DNA from: Candidatus Sulfomarinibacteraceae bacterium
GTDB lineage: Bacteria; Acidobacteriota; Thermoanaerobaculia; Thermoanaerobaculales; Sulfomarinibacteraceae
DNA: 64,000 bases
NCBI GenBank assembly: GCA_963796455.1
Contig: CAWCLO010000005.1
Coordinates: 64,001 to 128,000, forward strand
Reading direction: 5' to 3'
Shown: positions 10,338 through 22,046 of the stretch, one piece after another
How the letters are laid out: every line of letters begins with the position of its first letter
How positions within the stretch are numbered: position 1 is the stretch's first letter
Program-made: the position numbers and the translations under genes
The notes under the pieces: generated by a model
Told to the model about the DNA's origin: nothing
The model's input: the letters and a program-made list of their open reading frames with translations, nothing else
Databases searched by the model: none

Positions 10338-11996
10338 ATGCGTTACAAGGGATTCGCTGCTGCGCTGATTCTGCTGTCTCTCCTGCTGCCGACCAGCGCC
10401 TATGCGGACACCATTTTCTGGCTTGATACGCCGGCTGATGGTGCCACGGTATTTGGCCTCGTCGAAGTCAACGGTTTTGTCGTTGATGACGGCCAGCAGT
10501 GCGGTCCGCAGTGGACATGGTTCTCATGTGAATGGGACTCCGCATTGGTGAGCGAGATCGACCTCTATGTCGACGACGTCTATGTTGCGTCGGCAGATCT
10601 CAACCAACCGCGCTATGACATTCTTCAGGCCTATCCGTGGTATGCGGGCACACCGTATTCCCGGCCGGGGTTTGTGACCTCCTTTGACTCGGAAGACTAC
10701 ACGGATGGTTGGCACACTGTCTTCCTCCGGGTGACATTCAGTGATGCAAGCATCGAAGACTTCGGTATTCGGTCGGTGTTCGTGAACAATGATCTCAATC
10801 AAGCGCCGATCGGCGAACTCGAGCTTCCTGGATTCAACCAACCGATGAACGGCGTTTTCCCGGTCACCGGGTGGGCGCTCGACGATGGCTCGATCGCCTA
10901 TGTGGAAGTGATGGTTGACGGCCTGGCCATGGGCAATGCCGTGACCGGCGTCCGCCGTCCAGACATCGCGAATCGTTTTCCCGGGAATCCGGATGCTGAA
11001 TTCGCGGGCTTTACCAGGATGTTGAACACCACGGTGCTCAACAACGGTATCCACGTGCTCGCCGTGCGGGTGGTTGACAACGAAGGCGCCTCGCGGGTGG
11101 TCGGCCGGCGATTCGTCCAGGTCTTCAATACCGGTGGTAATCTGCCGCCCTTTGGCAAAATCGATTGGCCGATTGCGGATCATGTGATGTTTGCCGACGG
11201 CTGTCAGGATGTCGGCGGCGTTATTCCGCCGTGGTCGGGTGACATTTTCGGCGATCCGAGCAATGTCGAGATGGTGATCGGTTGGGCCCTTGACGTGGGT
11301 TCGCGCACGGATTTCGGTGGTGTTTCATACGTTCAGCTGCTGATCGATGGCAATATCCTGGCCGACACCAACCAGGGCAGTTTCTACTACGATCCCGCCG
11401 AAATGGACTTCAACTATTACGGTCATGAGCGACTCGATGTGCACGAGCTCTATGCGGACGTACCGAACTCGAAACACTCCGGCTTCGCCTTCCTGTTGGA
11501 TATCTCATGGCTGATTCAGGGTCGCGGCTATAGCGAAGGCCTGCACTATCTCAAGATTCGTGCCGGTGACATCGAGAACAATGTGATCGATATCGCCCAG
11601 TTGCCCGTCATCTTTGATTGCAACGACGATGCGGATGATCCGGCGATCGGCGACATTCTGTCTCCGAAGCATATGGAGAGAATCGCCGGGACCTTCGAGG
11701 TCACCGGATTCGCCTACGATCGCAACAGGGTCGATTTTGTCGAGATCTGGGTCGATGGCGTCTTCATCGGCTATGCCGAATACGGTCTCGATTCAACCGA
11801 TATCGATTTCGAGGAACGTTATCCCTGGCTGCCGTCCACCGTGACTCGCAACAGGGGATACAGCTACGACCTCGATACCGTCGCCGCCAACCTGGCTGAC
11901 GGCCAACACGTCCTGGTGGTGCGAACCCAGGATCGTTTCGACAACTTCAGCATCATCGGCGAACGGACCTTCGTGACCGACAATCAAAGCCGATAG
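10338..11996 (+). CDS. Secreted protein with four tandem Ig-like beta modules
   Basis: Signal peptide (..TSAYA); four repeats centred on GFVVD/GWALD/GWALD/GFAYD, each ending in G.H.L.(V/I)R; GAGGAGG RBS. Confidence 0.7.
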   Translation: MRYKGFAAALILLSLLLPTSAYADTIFWLDTPADGATVFGLVEVNGFVVDDGQQCGPQWTWFSCEWDSALVSEIDLYVDDVYVASADLNQPRYDILQAYPWYAGTPYSRPGFVTSFDSEDYTDGWHTVFLRVTFSDASIEDFGIRSVFVNNDLNQAPIGELELPGFNQPMNGVFPVTGWALDDGSIAYVEVMVDGLAMGNAVTGVRRPDIANRFPGNPDAEFAGFTRMLNTTVLNNGIHVLAVRVVDNEGASRVVGRRFVQVFNTGGNLPPFGKIDWPIADHVMFADGCQDVGGVIPPWSGDIFGDPSNVEMVIGWALDVGSRTDFGGVSYVQLLIDGNILADTNQGSFYYDPAEMDFNYYGHERLDVHELYADVPNSKHSGFAFLLDISWLIQGRGYSEGLHYLKIRAGDIENNVIDIAQLPVIFDCNDDADDPAIGDILSPKHMERIAGTFEVTGFAYDRNRVDFVEIWVDGVFIGYAEYGLDSTDIDFEERYPWLPSTVTRNRGYSYDLDTVAANLADGQHVLVVRTQDRFDNFSIIGERTFVTDNQSR

Positions 11997-12027
11997 TTCC
12001 CTTCGAGGGATCGATCACCCGTGGAAC

Positions 12028-12062
12028 CGCGATTCCCCGCTTCGGCGGGGTTTCGCGTTTTT
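12028..12062 (+). terminator. Rho-independent terminator
   Basis: CCCCGC-TTCG-GCGGGG stem with extension, followed by a T-run. Confidence 0.7.
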
Positions 12063-12133
12063 GCAGTTCACCACGTTCGTCGACGGGCGATCGTCGTGCT
12101 TTGCAGCGTTACAATGTTCTTCGCGGAGGACAG

Positions 12134-13165
12134 ATGAAGGCCCTATTTTTTGCAGAGCACGGCGGGATTGACAAGATTCAATTCGGCGAACAACCGGTTC
12201 CCGAGCCCGGACCGGGAGAGGTGAGGGTCAAGCTCGCAACCGCGGCTCTCAATCATCTCGATCTCTTTGTTCTCGAAGGGATGCCCGGGATCCCCATCGG
12301 TCTGCCTCACATCGGTGGTGCGGATGGTGCGGGTCGGGTCGATGCGGTCGGACCCGGTGTTGCAGGAGTTGAAATCGGTTCCGAGGTCGTCTTTGATCCC
12401 GGGCTCTCGTGTGGAACCTGTGGTTATTGCCTCGCCGGCGAGCAGAGCCTGTGTGTTCGTTTTGGTGTTCTCGGAGAGCACAACAACGGGACCTTTGCCG
12501 AGTGCGTGGTGGTTGCAGCGGCCTCGTTGGCCCCGAGGCCGCCCCATCTGTCGTGGGAGGAATCGGCAGCCTTTGGCCTGACCTATTTGACCGCGTGGCG
12601 AATGCTGATCAACCGTGGACGATTGCAGGCGGGAGAAACCGTGCTCATCCACGGGATTGGCGGAGGAGTCTCTCTTGCCTGCCTGCAGTTGGCGAAGGTG
12701 GTTGGTGCGAGAGTCATTGCCACCTCGCGCGATCAGATAAAACTCGACCGGGCGACCGAGATGGGGGCGGATCACGTCCTCCAGTCTGATTCAACGGTGG
12801 CCAAGAGTGTTCGGGGTCTGACCGAAAAGCGTGGCGCCGATGTGGTCGTGGACTCGGTTGGTGAAGCGACGTGGATGCAGAGCCTCAAAGCTGCTGCCAA
12901 GGGCGGGCGCATCGTGACCTGTGGTGCCACATCCGGCCCCAATCCGGCCGAAGAGATTCGAATAATTTTCTGGAATCAACTGAGCATCATTGGATCCACC
13001 ATGGGCTCCCGTGAGGATTGGCGACAATTGCTTGCCGCGGTCAACGCCCATCAGTTGCGGCCGGTGGTGGATCGGGTATTTGATCTCGAACAGGGGCGGG
13101 AGGCGTTCCAACGACTGGACCGGGCCGAGCAATTTGGTAAGATCGTGCTGTCCATGAATGGCTGA
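12134..13165 (+). CDS. Zinc-binding alcohol dehydrogenase / MDR-family oxidoreductase
   Basis: ALNHLD, CGTCGYC..C zinc motif, GIGGGVS, CGATSG, GSTMG, GKIVL. Confidence 0.9.
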   Translation: MKALFFAEHGGIDKIQFGEQPVPEPGPGEVRVKLATAALNHLDLFVLEGMPGIPIGLPHIGGADGAGRVDAVGPGVAGVEIGSEVVFDPGLSCGTCGYCLAGEQSLCVRFGVLGEHNNGTFAECVVVAAASLAPRPPHLSWEESAAFGLTYLTAWRMLINRGRLQAGETVLIHGIGGGVSLACLQLAKVVGARVIATSRDQIKLDRATEMGADHVLQSDSTVAKSVRGLTEKRGADVVVDSVGEATWMQSLKAAAKGGRIVTCGATSGPNPAEEIRIIFWNQLSIIGSTMGSREDWRQLLAAVNAHQLRPVVDRVFDLEQGREAFQRLDRAEQFGKIVLSMNG

Positions 13166-13247
13166 GTCTGCTCCGTGCGCCCGGTTCGCTTCGGCTGCGG
13201 GCCGGCCTGCTCGGCGAGCGGCCAATCTCTGACCAAATCGGAAATTG

Positions 13248-14636
13248 ATGGACAGTGAGAAATCAACGCAGTTCAATTTGTTTTTGAAAGGTATCAACGA
13301 CGCCATGGGTTTGCCGGCGGAAGACAGCTTGGGGCCCCGAGTCCTGACGCGGCCCGATCACCGTGTATCGCGACAGGATCTTTCGGCAGAGGCGCTCAAG
13401 GTCCTCTACCGCCTGCATCGCTCGGGATACTCGGCCTATCTGGTCGGTGGCAGCGTTCGCGATCTGCTCCTGGGAGGACGTCCCAAGGACTTTGATGTGG
13501 CCACCAACGCCAGACCGCAGGAAATCCGGCGCCTCTTCAAAAACTCACGCATCATCGGCCGGAGATTTCGATTGGTCCACGTGTTTTTTCGCGCCGGCAC
13601 GATCGAAGTCGCCACCTTCCGGGCCAGCCCGGAGCCGCCGGAAAGCCCCGAAGACTGGGCTGAAGCCGAGGTCGAGGCCACCGAAGAGGAAACCAGCACC
13701 GATCGCTCCCTTCCCCAATCCGATGACCATATCTATGGAACGCCCGCAGAGGATGCGTGGCGCCGCGACTTTACGGTCAACGCACTGTTCTACAACATCG
13801 CCGATTATTCGGTGGTCGATCATGTGGGTGGGATTGAGGATCTCGAAAAGGGCCTGATCCGCACCATCGGCGATCCGGTGGCGCGTTTCGAGGAGGATCC
13901 GGTGCGCATGATGCGGGCTCTGGAGTATTCGGAGCGCCTCGGTTTCACCATCGATCCACGAACCGTGGAGGCCATCGACCGGCAGCAGGGGTTGATCTCG
14001 GGGGCCTCTTCCCCTCGGCTCACCTACGAACTGCTGGAGTGTATGCGTTCGGGCAAGGCAGCGGGCATCCATGCCGCCTGGCGCAGGGCGGGCGTATTCA
14101 CCCGCGCATACCCGGATCTTCCGATCGACACCGACGAGACCGTTCGGGTGCTCGAGATGTTGGATGCGCATATCAACAACGGCAAGGAATACCCCGACTC
14201 GAGCCTCTTTGGTTCGCTCTTTCTTCCCCGCTTCCTGGCGATCGCGGAAGAAGAGACCGATGCCAAGAACCGGGTCGACAATGCCCAGGTGCTGGGCCGT
14301 TTGCGGGAGGTCCTGGATCCCGCGGCGGCGAGCATGCATCTGTCCAATCTGAATATCCACAAAGTGCACCAGGGATTGTTCGTATTGACCAAAATGCGGA
14401 AACCCCCGGAGCGAGGCCGACAGGTCCTCAAACTGGCCCGGCAGGACTATTTCAAGGTGGCTTGGGATCTTTACGAATTTGCCAATGCCCTGGGCTACAT
14501 CACGCCGGAGGCATATCAGGGTTGGACGCGAGCGCTGCGGCGGGTGGGCAAGAAAGACAGTCCCGAGCAGATCCTCGAGCATCCGAGGCGGTCGCGGCGA
14601 CCACGGCGCCGCAGACCCCGTAATCGACCGCGGTGA
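13248..14636 (+). CDS. pcnB: Poly(A) polymerase I
   Basis: VGGSVRDLLLG..PKDFD, PAP-I signature IGRRFRLVHV, RRDFTVNALFY, EDPVRMMRA, Arg-rich tail; start may be 13305. Confidence 0.85.
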   Translation: MDSEKSTQFNLFLKGINDAMGLPAEDSLGPRVLTRPDHRVSRQDLSAEALKVLYRLHRSGYSAYLVGGSVRDLLLGGRPKDFDVATNARPQEIRRLFKNSRIIGRRFRLVHVFFRAGTIEVATFRASPEPPESPEDWAEAEVEATEEETSTDRSLPQSDDHIYGTPAEDAWRRDFTVNALFYNIADYSVVDHVGGIEDLEKGLIRTIGDPVARFEEDPVRMMRALEYSERLGFTIDPRTVEAIDRQQGLISGASSPRLTYELLECMRSGKAAGIHAAWRRAGVFTRAYPDLPIDTDETVRVLEMLDAHINNGKEYPDSSLFGSLFLPRFLAIAEEETDAKNRVDNAQVLGRLREVLDPAAASMHLSNLNIHKVHQGLFVLTKMRKPPERGRQVLKLARQDYFKVAWDLYEFANALGYITPEAYQGWTRALRRVGKKDSPEQILEHPRRSRRPRRRRPRNRPR

Positions 14637-14644
14637 AGTGGTGA

Positions 14645-16657
<2,013 letters not shown>

Positions 16658-16715
16658 ACCGGTTTTTTACGGAACAAAAAGACTCCCGGCGACGATACCG
16701 GGCGAGGAGTTGGAA

Positions 16716-18098
16716 ATGTCGGCGGTCATATTTCTGGTGGACGATGACGACGGGTCGCGGGACGCCATGAAGCGCACCCTCGAAAGGGTTGGCTACACCC
16801 TGAGGGCCTTTCCATCTGCGGAGGAAGCGTTGGAACAGCTTGCGGCCGGTGCTCCAGTCGACGCAATCGTTTCGGATGTCAGAATGCCTGAAATGGACGG
16901 CTACGAATTCTTGCGAGCGGTGCGGGTCGAGCACCCGAATCTCCCGTTTCTTCTGGTGACCGCCTACGCGGAAGTCGAAGATGCGGTGGCCGCTCTTCAG
17001 GAAGGGGCCGACGACTATCTGACCAAACCGGTCAAGATGCAGGAACTCCGTCAACGGGTACAGCTTCAGCTCGAACGCCGAGTGCTTTCAGAAGAGAACC
17101 GGAGGCTGCACCAGCGGCTCGAGAAGACCTTTGGCTTCGAAGGCATCGTTGGACACTCGCCGGCAATGGAACAGTTGCTCGAGAGGCTCCGGGTCGCGGC
17201 GCCGACCCGGTCCACCGTGCTGATCGTCGGTGAATCCGGTACCGGCAAGGAGTTGGTCGCCAACGCGCTCCACCAGAATTCTCCACGATCCAAAGGCCCC
17301 TTTGTCGCCATCAACTGCGGCGCCATACCTGGTGAGATCCTCGAGTCCGAGCTCTTTGGTCACGAAAAAGGGGCCTTTACAGGCGCCCACCAAAAACGCA
17401 TCGGGCTCATCGAGCGAGCTTCTGGGGGCACCCTCTTCCTCGACGAGATCTCCGAACTGTCACCGGATCTCCAGGTGAAACTGTTGCGGGTTCTGGAAGA
17501 GCGCCACATCATGAGGGTTGGTGGTGCGGTCCAGATTCCGGTGGATTTCCGTCTTGTCGCTGCGACCAATCGCGACCTCGCAAAGTGGGTGGATACGGGC
17601 CGTTTTCGCCAGGACCTCTTTTATCGCCTGAAGGTCGTGACCCTGGCGATCCCTCCACTGCGCGAGCGCAGGGAGGACATTGCGCTCTTTGTGCAGCACT
17701 TTCTCGAGTACTTCAATACCGAATTGGATCGGAGTGTCCACGGTGTCCACCCGGCGGTTTTATCGGCGCTCAAACGGCAACAGTGGCCCGGTAATGTCCG
17801 AGAGCTTCGGAATCTGATCGAGTCGATGGTGCTTTTCGCTGGCAGTGACGAAATCTCTATCGAAGACCTCCCGGCCGACTATCGGATGGCATCCGAAACG
17901 GGCCCGCAGATCGAAACGATTCAGTGGAGCCCACGGCCGATGGCCGAAATTGAACGGGAGGCAATCCTGAAGGCCATCGATTACACCGATGGACACCGGG
18001 CGCGAGCCGCCGATCTGCTCGAGATAGGTCTACGGACCCTGCAACGGAAGCTCAAGGAATACGGGGAGATCTCTCCGAAGGGGGATGGTGGAGAGTAG
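16716..18098 (+). CDS. Sigma54-dependent response regulator (NtrC/AtoC family)
   Basis: REC domain, GESGTGKE, GAFTGA, WPGNVREL, Fis HTH. Confidence 0.93.
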   Translation: MSAVIFLVDDDDGSRDAMKRTLERVGYTLRAFPSAEEALEQLAAGAPVDAIVSDVRMPEMDGYEFLRAVRVEHPNLPFLLVTAYAEVEDAVAALQEGADDYLTKPVKMQELRQRVQLQLERRVLSEENRRLHQRLEKTFGFEGIVGHSPAMEQLLERLRVAAPTRSTVLIVGESGTGKELVANALHQNSPRSKGPFVAINCGAIPGEILESELFGHEKGAFTGAHQKRIGLIERASGGTLFLDEISELSPDLQVKLLRVLEERHIMRVGGAVQIPVDFRLVAATNRDLAKWVDTGRFRQDLFYRLKVVTLAIPPLRERREDIALFVQHFLEYFNTELDRSVHGVHPAVLSALKRQQWPGNVRELRNLIESMVLFAGSDEISIEDLPADYRMASETGPQIETIQWSPRPMAEIEREAILKAIDYTDGHRARAADLLEIGLRTLQRKLKEYGEISPKGDGGE

Positions 18099-18102
18099 AT
18101 TC

Positions 18103-18158
18103 GAGTTCGGAGTTCGGAGTTCGGAGTTCGGAGTTCGGAATTCGGAGTTCGGATTTCG
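18103..18158 (+). repeat. Tandem heptamer (GAGTTCG)x8
   Basis: Six perfect and two single-mismatch copies directly after the stop codon. Confidence 0.9.
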
Positions 18159-18231
18159 GAATGAGGTTCGTTGTCCCCAAGCCCTCGATTCCCGCCGGTG
18201 ATACCATAAATAGACGGGAAAGGAGCCCCCT

Positions 18232-18447
18232 ATGGAAATCCCCGGTAAGGTCTCAATTTACTGTCCTCTGATCGACGCCAAGGGAACCGCCGCGACTCTG
18301 GTCTCCATTTCCCCTCAGGGTTATTATCACGTCGAGGTGCCCATCAAGGGCAGGACCCATGTGATGCTTCTCCCAGTGGCTCACACCGCCGTGTATTTCG
18401 CGGAGCCCGAACCGGAAGCGGAAGAAGGATTCGTGGTCGAGCGCTGA
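18232..18447 (+). CDS. Small hypothetical protein (71 aa)
   Basis: AAGGAG RBS, plausible codon usage, fills the intergenic space. Confidence 0.6.
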   Translation: MEIPGKVSIYCPLIDAKGTAATLVSISPQGYYHVEVPIKGRTHVMLLPVAHTAVYFAEPEPEAEEGFVVER

Positions 18448-18542
18448 GTCCTCCGACAATCTGAGCCGAGGGCGGCGCCGGAAAATTTCTGAAATACACC
18501 AAAAACGCGAATAAAACCGGTTCACCCGACTGTTAGAAAGGT

Positions 18543-19661
18543 GTGGTAAGACATTCGCGAGAACCTCTGGACGGGTCGTGGAACGAAGTTCTCGACCAGC
18601 TTGGCGAGGCCGTCATTGTCCTGGACCATCAGCGCGTCCTTCAGCATGTCAATGACGCCGCGCGGCGTCTGCTCGGATATGAGAAGGGCCAGGCGATTGG
18701 CGGGCGGTGTCGGCTCACAACCCGTGGTGTCGATTGTGAGAATGCGTGCCCCCTGACCTTTGCTCTCGATTCCGGGCTCGACCGGGTCGAGGATTTCGCG
18801 ACGGTCTACAAGACCCGGGACGGCAGGTCGATTCGTCTCCGAATCACCGTCATTCCGTTTACCGATGACGAGGGCTCTTTTCAAGGTGCGGTGGAGATCC
18901 TGAGACCCTCCGACCCTGAACCGGGGTTTTTTATGGCTGGCTGTTCCGAAGCGGCGGAAGCCATGAGAAATCGAGCATTCGAGTTGGCTCGCAGTCGTGC
19001 TCACGTGCTTGTGGTGGGAGAGATGCCGGCGTGCCGAGACGTTGCCCACACCCTTCATCGTTTTTCCGGTGCCCCTCCAGAGCTCTTTCAAAACTGGTCG
19101 GGATCCTGGGATGCGGTCCAGGTGTGGCCGCCGGGGACCGTTTACGCGGATGGTGATGATGCGCGGTCTCTCCTCGATTCTGACCTGCCTGAGGATTGGC
19201 GGGTCATCGTCGGTGCGCAGAGCCCGGAATTCAGCGGCAACGGCTTCGAGGTCTTCGAGTTGAGTTCGTTGTCCGATCTCGGTCCGGATCTCGGGCGGAT
19301 GATCAGATCGTGGGCCGAGGAATTGGCGCCATCCACCCGTCTGACCGGGGAGGCCCTGGAACAACTGACTCGCCTGGCCTGCGATCGTGGCCTGGAAGAG
19401 GTCGAACAGGTCATCCGGGAGGCGGCGCGTACGGCGGGTGACTGTATCGATCGTGCCGATCTGCCGCTCGATGGGTATCAAACGGCGTTTATCGACGAGC
19501 TCCTCCAAACTGCGAATCCGCTGGCGGCCCTGGAGGAGCTTCTATTGCGCGAAGTCCTCGACCGCTGCGGTTGGCGGATGCAGGAGGCTGCTGAACGGGT
19601 CGGCGTCTCGCGTGTCACCCTGTGGCGCAAAATGAAGGATCTCGGCATCGAACGCCCCTGA
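18543..19661 (+). CDS. PAS (C-X8-C-X3-C) + degenerate AAA + Fis-HTH regulator
   Basis: PAS with CRLTTRGVDCENAC; C-terminal AAERVGVSRVTLWRKMK HTH; no Walker A or GAFTGA in the centre. Confidence 0.75.
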   Translation: MVRHSREPLDGSWNEVLDQLGEAVIVLDHQRVLQHVNDAARRLLGYEKGQAIGGRCRLTTRGVDCENACPLTFALDSGLDRVEDFATVYKTRDGRSIRLRITVIPFTDDEGSFQGAVEILRPSDPEPGFFMAGCSEAAEAMRNRAFELARSRAHVLVVGEMPACRDVAHTLHRFSGAPPELFQNWSGSWDAVQVWPPGTVYADGDDARSLLDSDLPEDWRVIVGAQSPEFSGNGFEVFELSSLSDLGPDLGRMIRSWAEELAPSTRLTGEALEQLTRLACDRGLEEVEQVIREAARTAGDCIDRADLPLDGYQTAFIDELLQTANPLAALEELLLREVLDRCGWRMQEAAERVGVSRVTLWRKMKDLGIERP

Positions 19662-19744
19662 GGCGAGCGAGGAGCTCGCCTCGGGTGCTTTGGATGCTGG
19701 ACGCTGGATCCGTCCACTCCGCGATCCGCTCCCGCACCCTTTTC

Positions 19745-19784
19745 GAAAGGGAGAAAGGGAGAAAGGGAGAAAGGGGAGAAGGGA
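19745..19784 (+). repeat. Tandem GAAAGGGA repeat, about 5 copies
   Basis: Direct reading; adjacent to the element end. Confidence 0.8.
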
Positions 19785-19807
19785 GACCGCTCAGTCGCTC
19801 GACGCTG

Positions 19808-20661
19808 GATCACTCTTGTCCAAGACAGTGTCTCAGACAGCGTCCAGCTGCAGCGGCAGAGTCCAGTGGCAGCGACAGCCGACAGGGTCAGCTAACAGAA
19901 GTCAGCGACAGCGAACAGCGCTCAACTCTTCGGATTCAATAGCCGCCAGGTCATGGCACGGACCTGATCGAAGGCTGTCATCGCTTTGCTGGCTCCATTT
20001 TGACTGATCGCCCCGGCGTGGGCGAGGAGCTCCAAGTGGCTGTCGACCTCTTTCGCCGAAGCGTAGGCGATTCTCCAGTGGTTCGATCGGTCTCTACCGA
20101 AACGGCCGTGGCCTTCTGCCAGGTTCGCAGGGACTGAACTCGCCGATCGGACTACCTGATCGGCTATGGATTTCAGCGGAGCGGGAACTCTCATCACGAG
20201 TTTGATCGTGATGCCTGCTGCTTCGAGTGCTTTCGAGTGGGCAATGAGGTTGGTGTTCGTGGCGGCTGAGGACATGGTCACCTCCGGGTCGTTCATGCCC
20301 ACACCCACAAGCCGGTGTGGTGGCCGATGTCAAGGATGCCCTGCACCCTGCCTGTCCTTGACATCGGCCGCCCACCGGCTACCCCTTCCTTGGAACGACC
20401 CGGTGGTGGCCACGCCGTCACTGCACCTGATCGCTGGCCCTGAACACTGCCCGCTGCCCGCTGCCCGCTGCCCGCTGTCCCTGTTCGCTGTTGCCTGTCG
20501 CTGCCGCTGGAAACTGTCGCTGCCGCTGCAATTCGGGCACCCGCACGGGCACGGACTCGGGCGCGGGGCAACCGCGAACGGGAAACGCCAAAAACCAACC
20601 CGTAACCCTCGTGTTCTCAGGTGCGCAACCTCATGCCTATTTGTTTTGGACAGCAGTGATC
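19808..20661 (-). mobile_element. 4HB repeat element, full copy A
   Basis: Ends GATCACTCTTGTCCAAGACAG / TTGTTTTGGACAGCAGTGATC (imperfect IR); hairpin leader; 4HB gene; collinear with 21644-22508 and 38841-39736. Confidence 0.8.
19922..20275 (-). CDS. Four-helix-bundle protein (TIGR02436 / 23S-rRNA-IVP-like), copy A
   Basis: DQVVRSASSVPANLAEGHGR and IAYASAKEV match the family pattern Q..R(A/S)A.S(I/V)..N(I/L)AEG..R; GGAGGTG RBS; 117 aa. Confidence 0.85.
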   Translation of the reverse strand: MSSAATNTNLIAHSKALEAAGITIKLVMRVPAPLKSIADQVVRSASSVPANLAEGHGRFGRDRSNHWRIAYASAKEVDSHLELLAHAGAISQNGASKAMTAFDQVRAMTWRLLNPKS

Positions 20662-20720
20662 CAGCATCCAGCGTCCTCGTAGCTTGTTGCTTGCAGCGAG
20701 CAAGGAATTGAGCGAGCTCT

Positions 20721-21455
20721 CTACTCCTCCGGTTCGGAGGTGAACCGGTAGCCGACTCCGCGGACCGTGTGGAAGTGGACGGGGTGGCGGGGGTCGTTCT
20801 CGAAGGTCTTTCTGAGACGGTGGACAAAGGTATCGAGGGTTCTCGTGGAGGTGTCGAAGGTGTAGCCCCACACTCTCTCCAGGAGCTCTCCGCGGGTCAG
20901 CACCCGCCCGTCGTTTTCCGAAAAGAACCGCACCAGCATGACCTCACGTTCGGTGAGCGCCACCGACCCGTCGCTGGTGGTGGCACGCATGGTGTTCAGA
21001 TCGACTTCACAGCTGCCTATTTGAACCAGAGGACCGCTTCGGGCGGGAGTTTGAGCCCACTCGGCGCGGCGCAGAATGCCGCGCACCCTGAGGACCAGTT
21101 CTTCCACCAGAAAGGGTTTGGTCAGATAATCATCGGCGCCGAGCTGCAGACCGAGGATCCGGTCGGCGTCGCTCCCCCTGGCGGTGAGAAACAAAATCGG
21201 GATCAGATTGCCGGCGGTTCGTAGTTGTCGACAGACTTCGAAACCGTCAATTCCCGGCAACATGATGTCGAGGATGAGGAGCTCGTAGTCTGCCTCGGGG
21301 TTTGCCAGTGCCTCGAGGCCGGCCTCTCCGGTGGCAGTCCATTTGAAGGAAAAACCCTCGAGTTCGAGATTGCGGCACAGACCCTCGGCGAGCGGTCCGT
21401 CGTCTTCGACGACCAACAGACGGGTCGGTTGGTCCGCAAGTTGTGGATCGTTCAC
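20721..21455 (-). CDS. OmpR/PhoB-family response regulator (orphan)
   Basis: VVEDD, LDIMLPG, GADDYLTKPF, winged helix TVRGVGYRF. Confidence 0.93.
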   Translation of the reverse strand: MNDPQLADQPTRLLVVEDDGPLAEGLCRNLELEGFSFKWTATGEAGLEALANPEADYELLILDIMLPGIDGFEVCRQLRTAGNLIPILFLTARGSDADRILGLQLGADDYLTKPFLVEELVLRVRGILRRAEWAQTPARSGPLVQIGSCEVDLNTMRATTSDGSVALTEREVMLVRFFSENDGRVLTRGELLERVWGYTFDTSTRTLDTFVHRLRKTFENDPRHPVHFHTVRGVGYRFTSEPEE

Positions 21456-21908
21456 TACTTAATTGTAGCGTGAAACTGTTTTTACAAGGGGTGCTGGGCG
21501 CTAGATACTCGATTCCCGATGCTCGATACGACAAGATCATCTGTCGATTCTCACCCCTGTCGAGAGTTTCATTGGGTTCTTTTCTGGATTTGTCGATGGC
21601 AGCGGTTGGGGAGACAGGCTGAATCGAGGATCCAGTACCTGGCATCACTGCTGTCCAAAACAGGTCGTCACCTGAAGTTTCCCACCTGACAACACGTGGT
21701 TTACGGGTTGGATTTTGGCATATCCGGTTCGCGGTTGGCCCCTACCCGATCCCGATCCCGAATTGCAGCGGCAGCGACAGCGTCCAGCGTCAGCGACGGC
21801 AACAGCGAACAGGGACAGGGGGCAGTGTTCAGGAACAGCGAACAGGGACAGAGATCAGTGTTCAGCGACAGAGAGCTGCGGCAGCAGTCTGGAGTTCATG
21901 TGGCGAAG

Positions 21909-22046
21909 TGGCCACCACCGGGTCGTTCAACAGAAGGGGTAGCCGGTGGGCGGCCGATGTCAAGGACAGGCAGGGTGCAGGGCATCCTTGACATCGGCCG
22001 CCACACCGGCTTGTGGGTACGGGCATGAACGACCCGGAGGTGACCA
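21909..22046 (+). promoter_or_regulatory. Nested double stem-loop leader sequestering the 4HB RBS (also at 20275-20412 and 39333-39470)
   Basis: Outer stem 21909-21929 / 22026-22046 (19/21) covers GGAGGTG and the A of ATG; inner stem 21949-21966 / 21985-22002 is a perfect 18 bp plus an 8 bp extension. Confidence 0.75.

Noticed and set aside
19798..20678. 3-bp target-site duplication (CTC) around copy A
   Set aside because: Not reproduced at the other copies and explainable by the flanking heptamer tracts.
21988..22016. TTGACA in the inner hairpin as a sigma70 -35 box
   Set aside because: No -10-like hexamer at 16-18 bp spacing.
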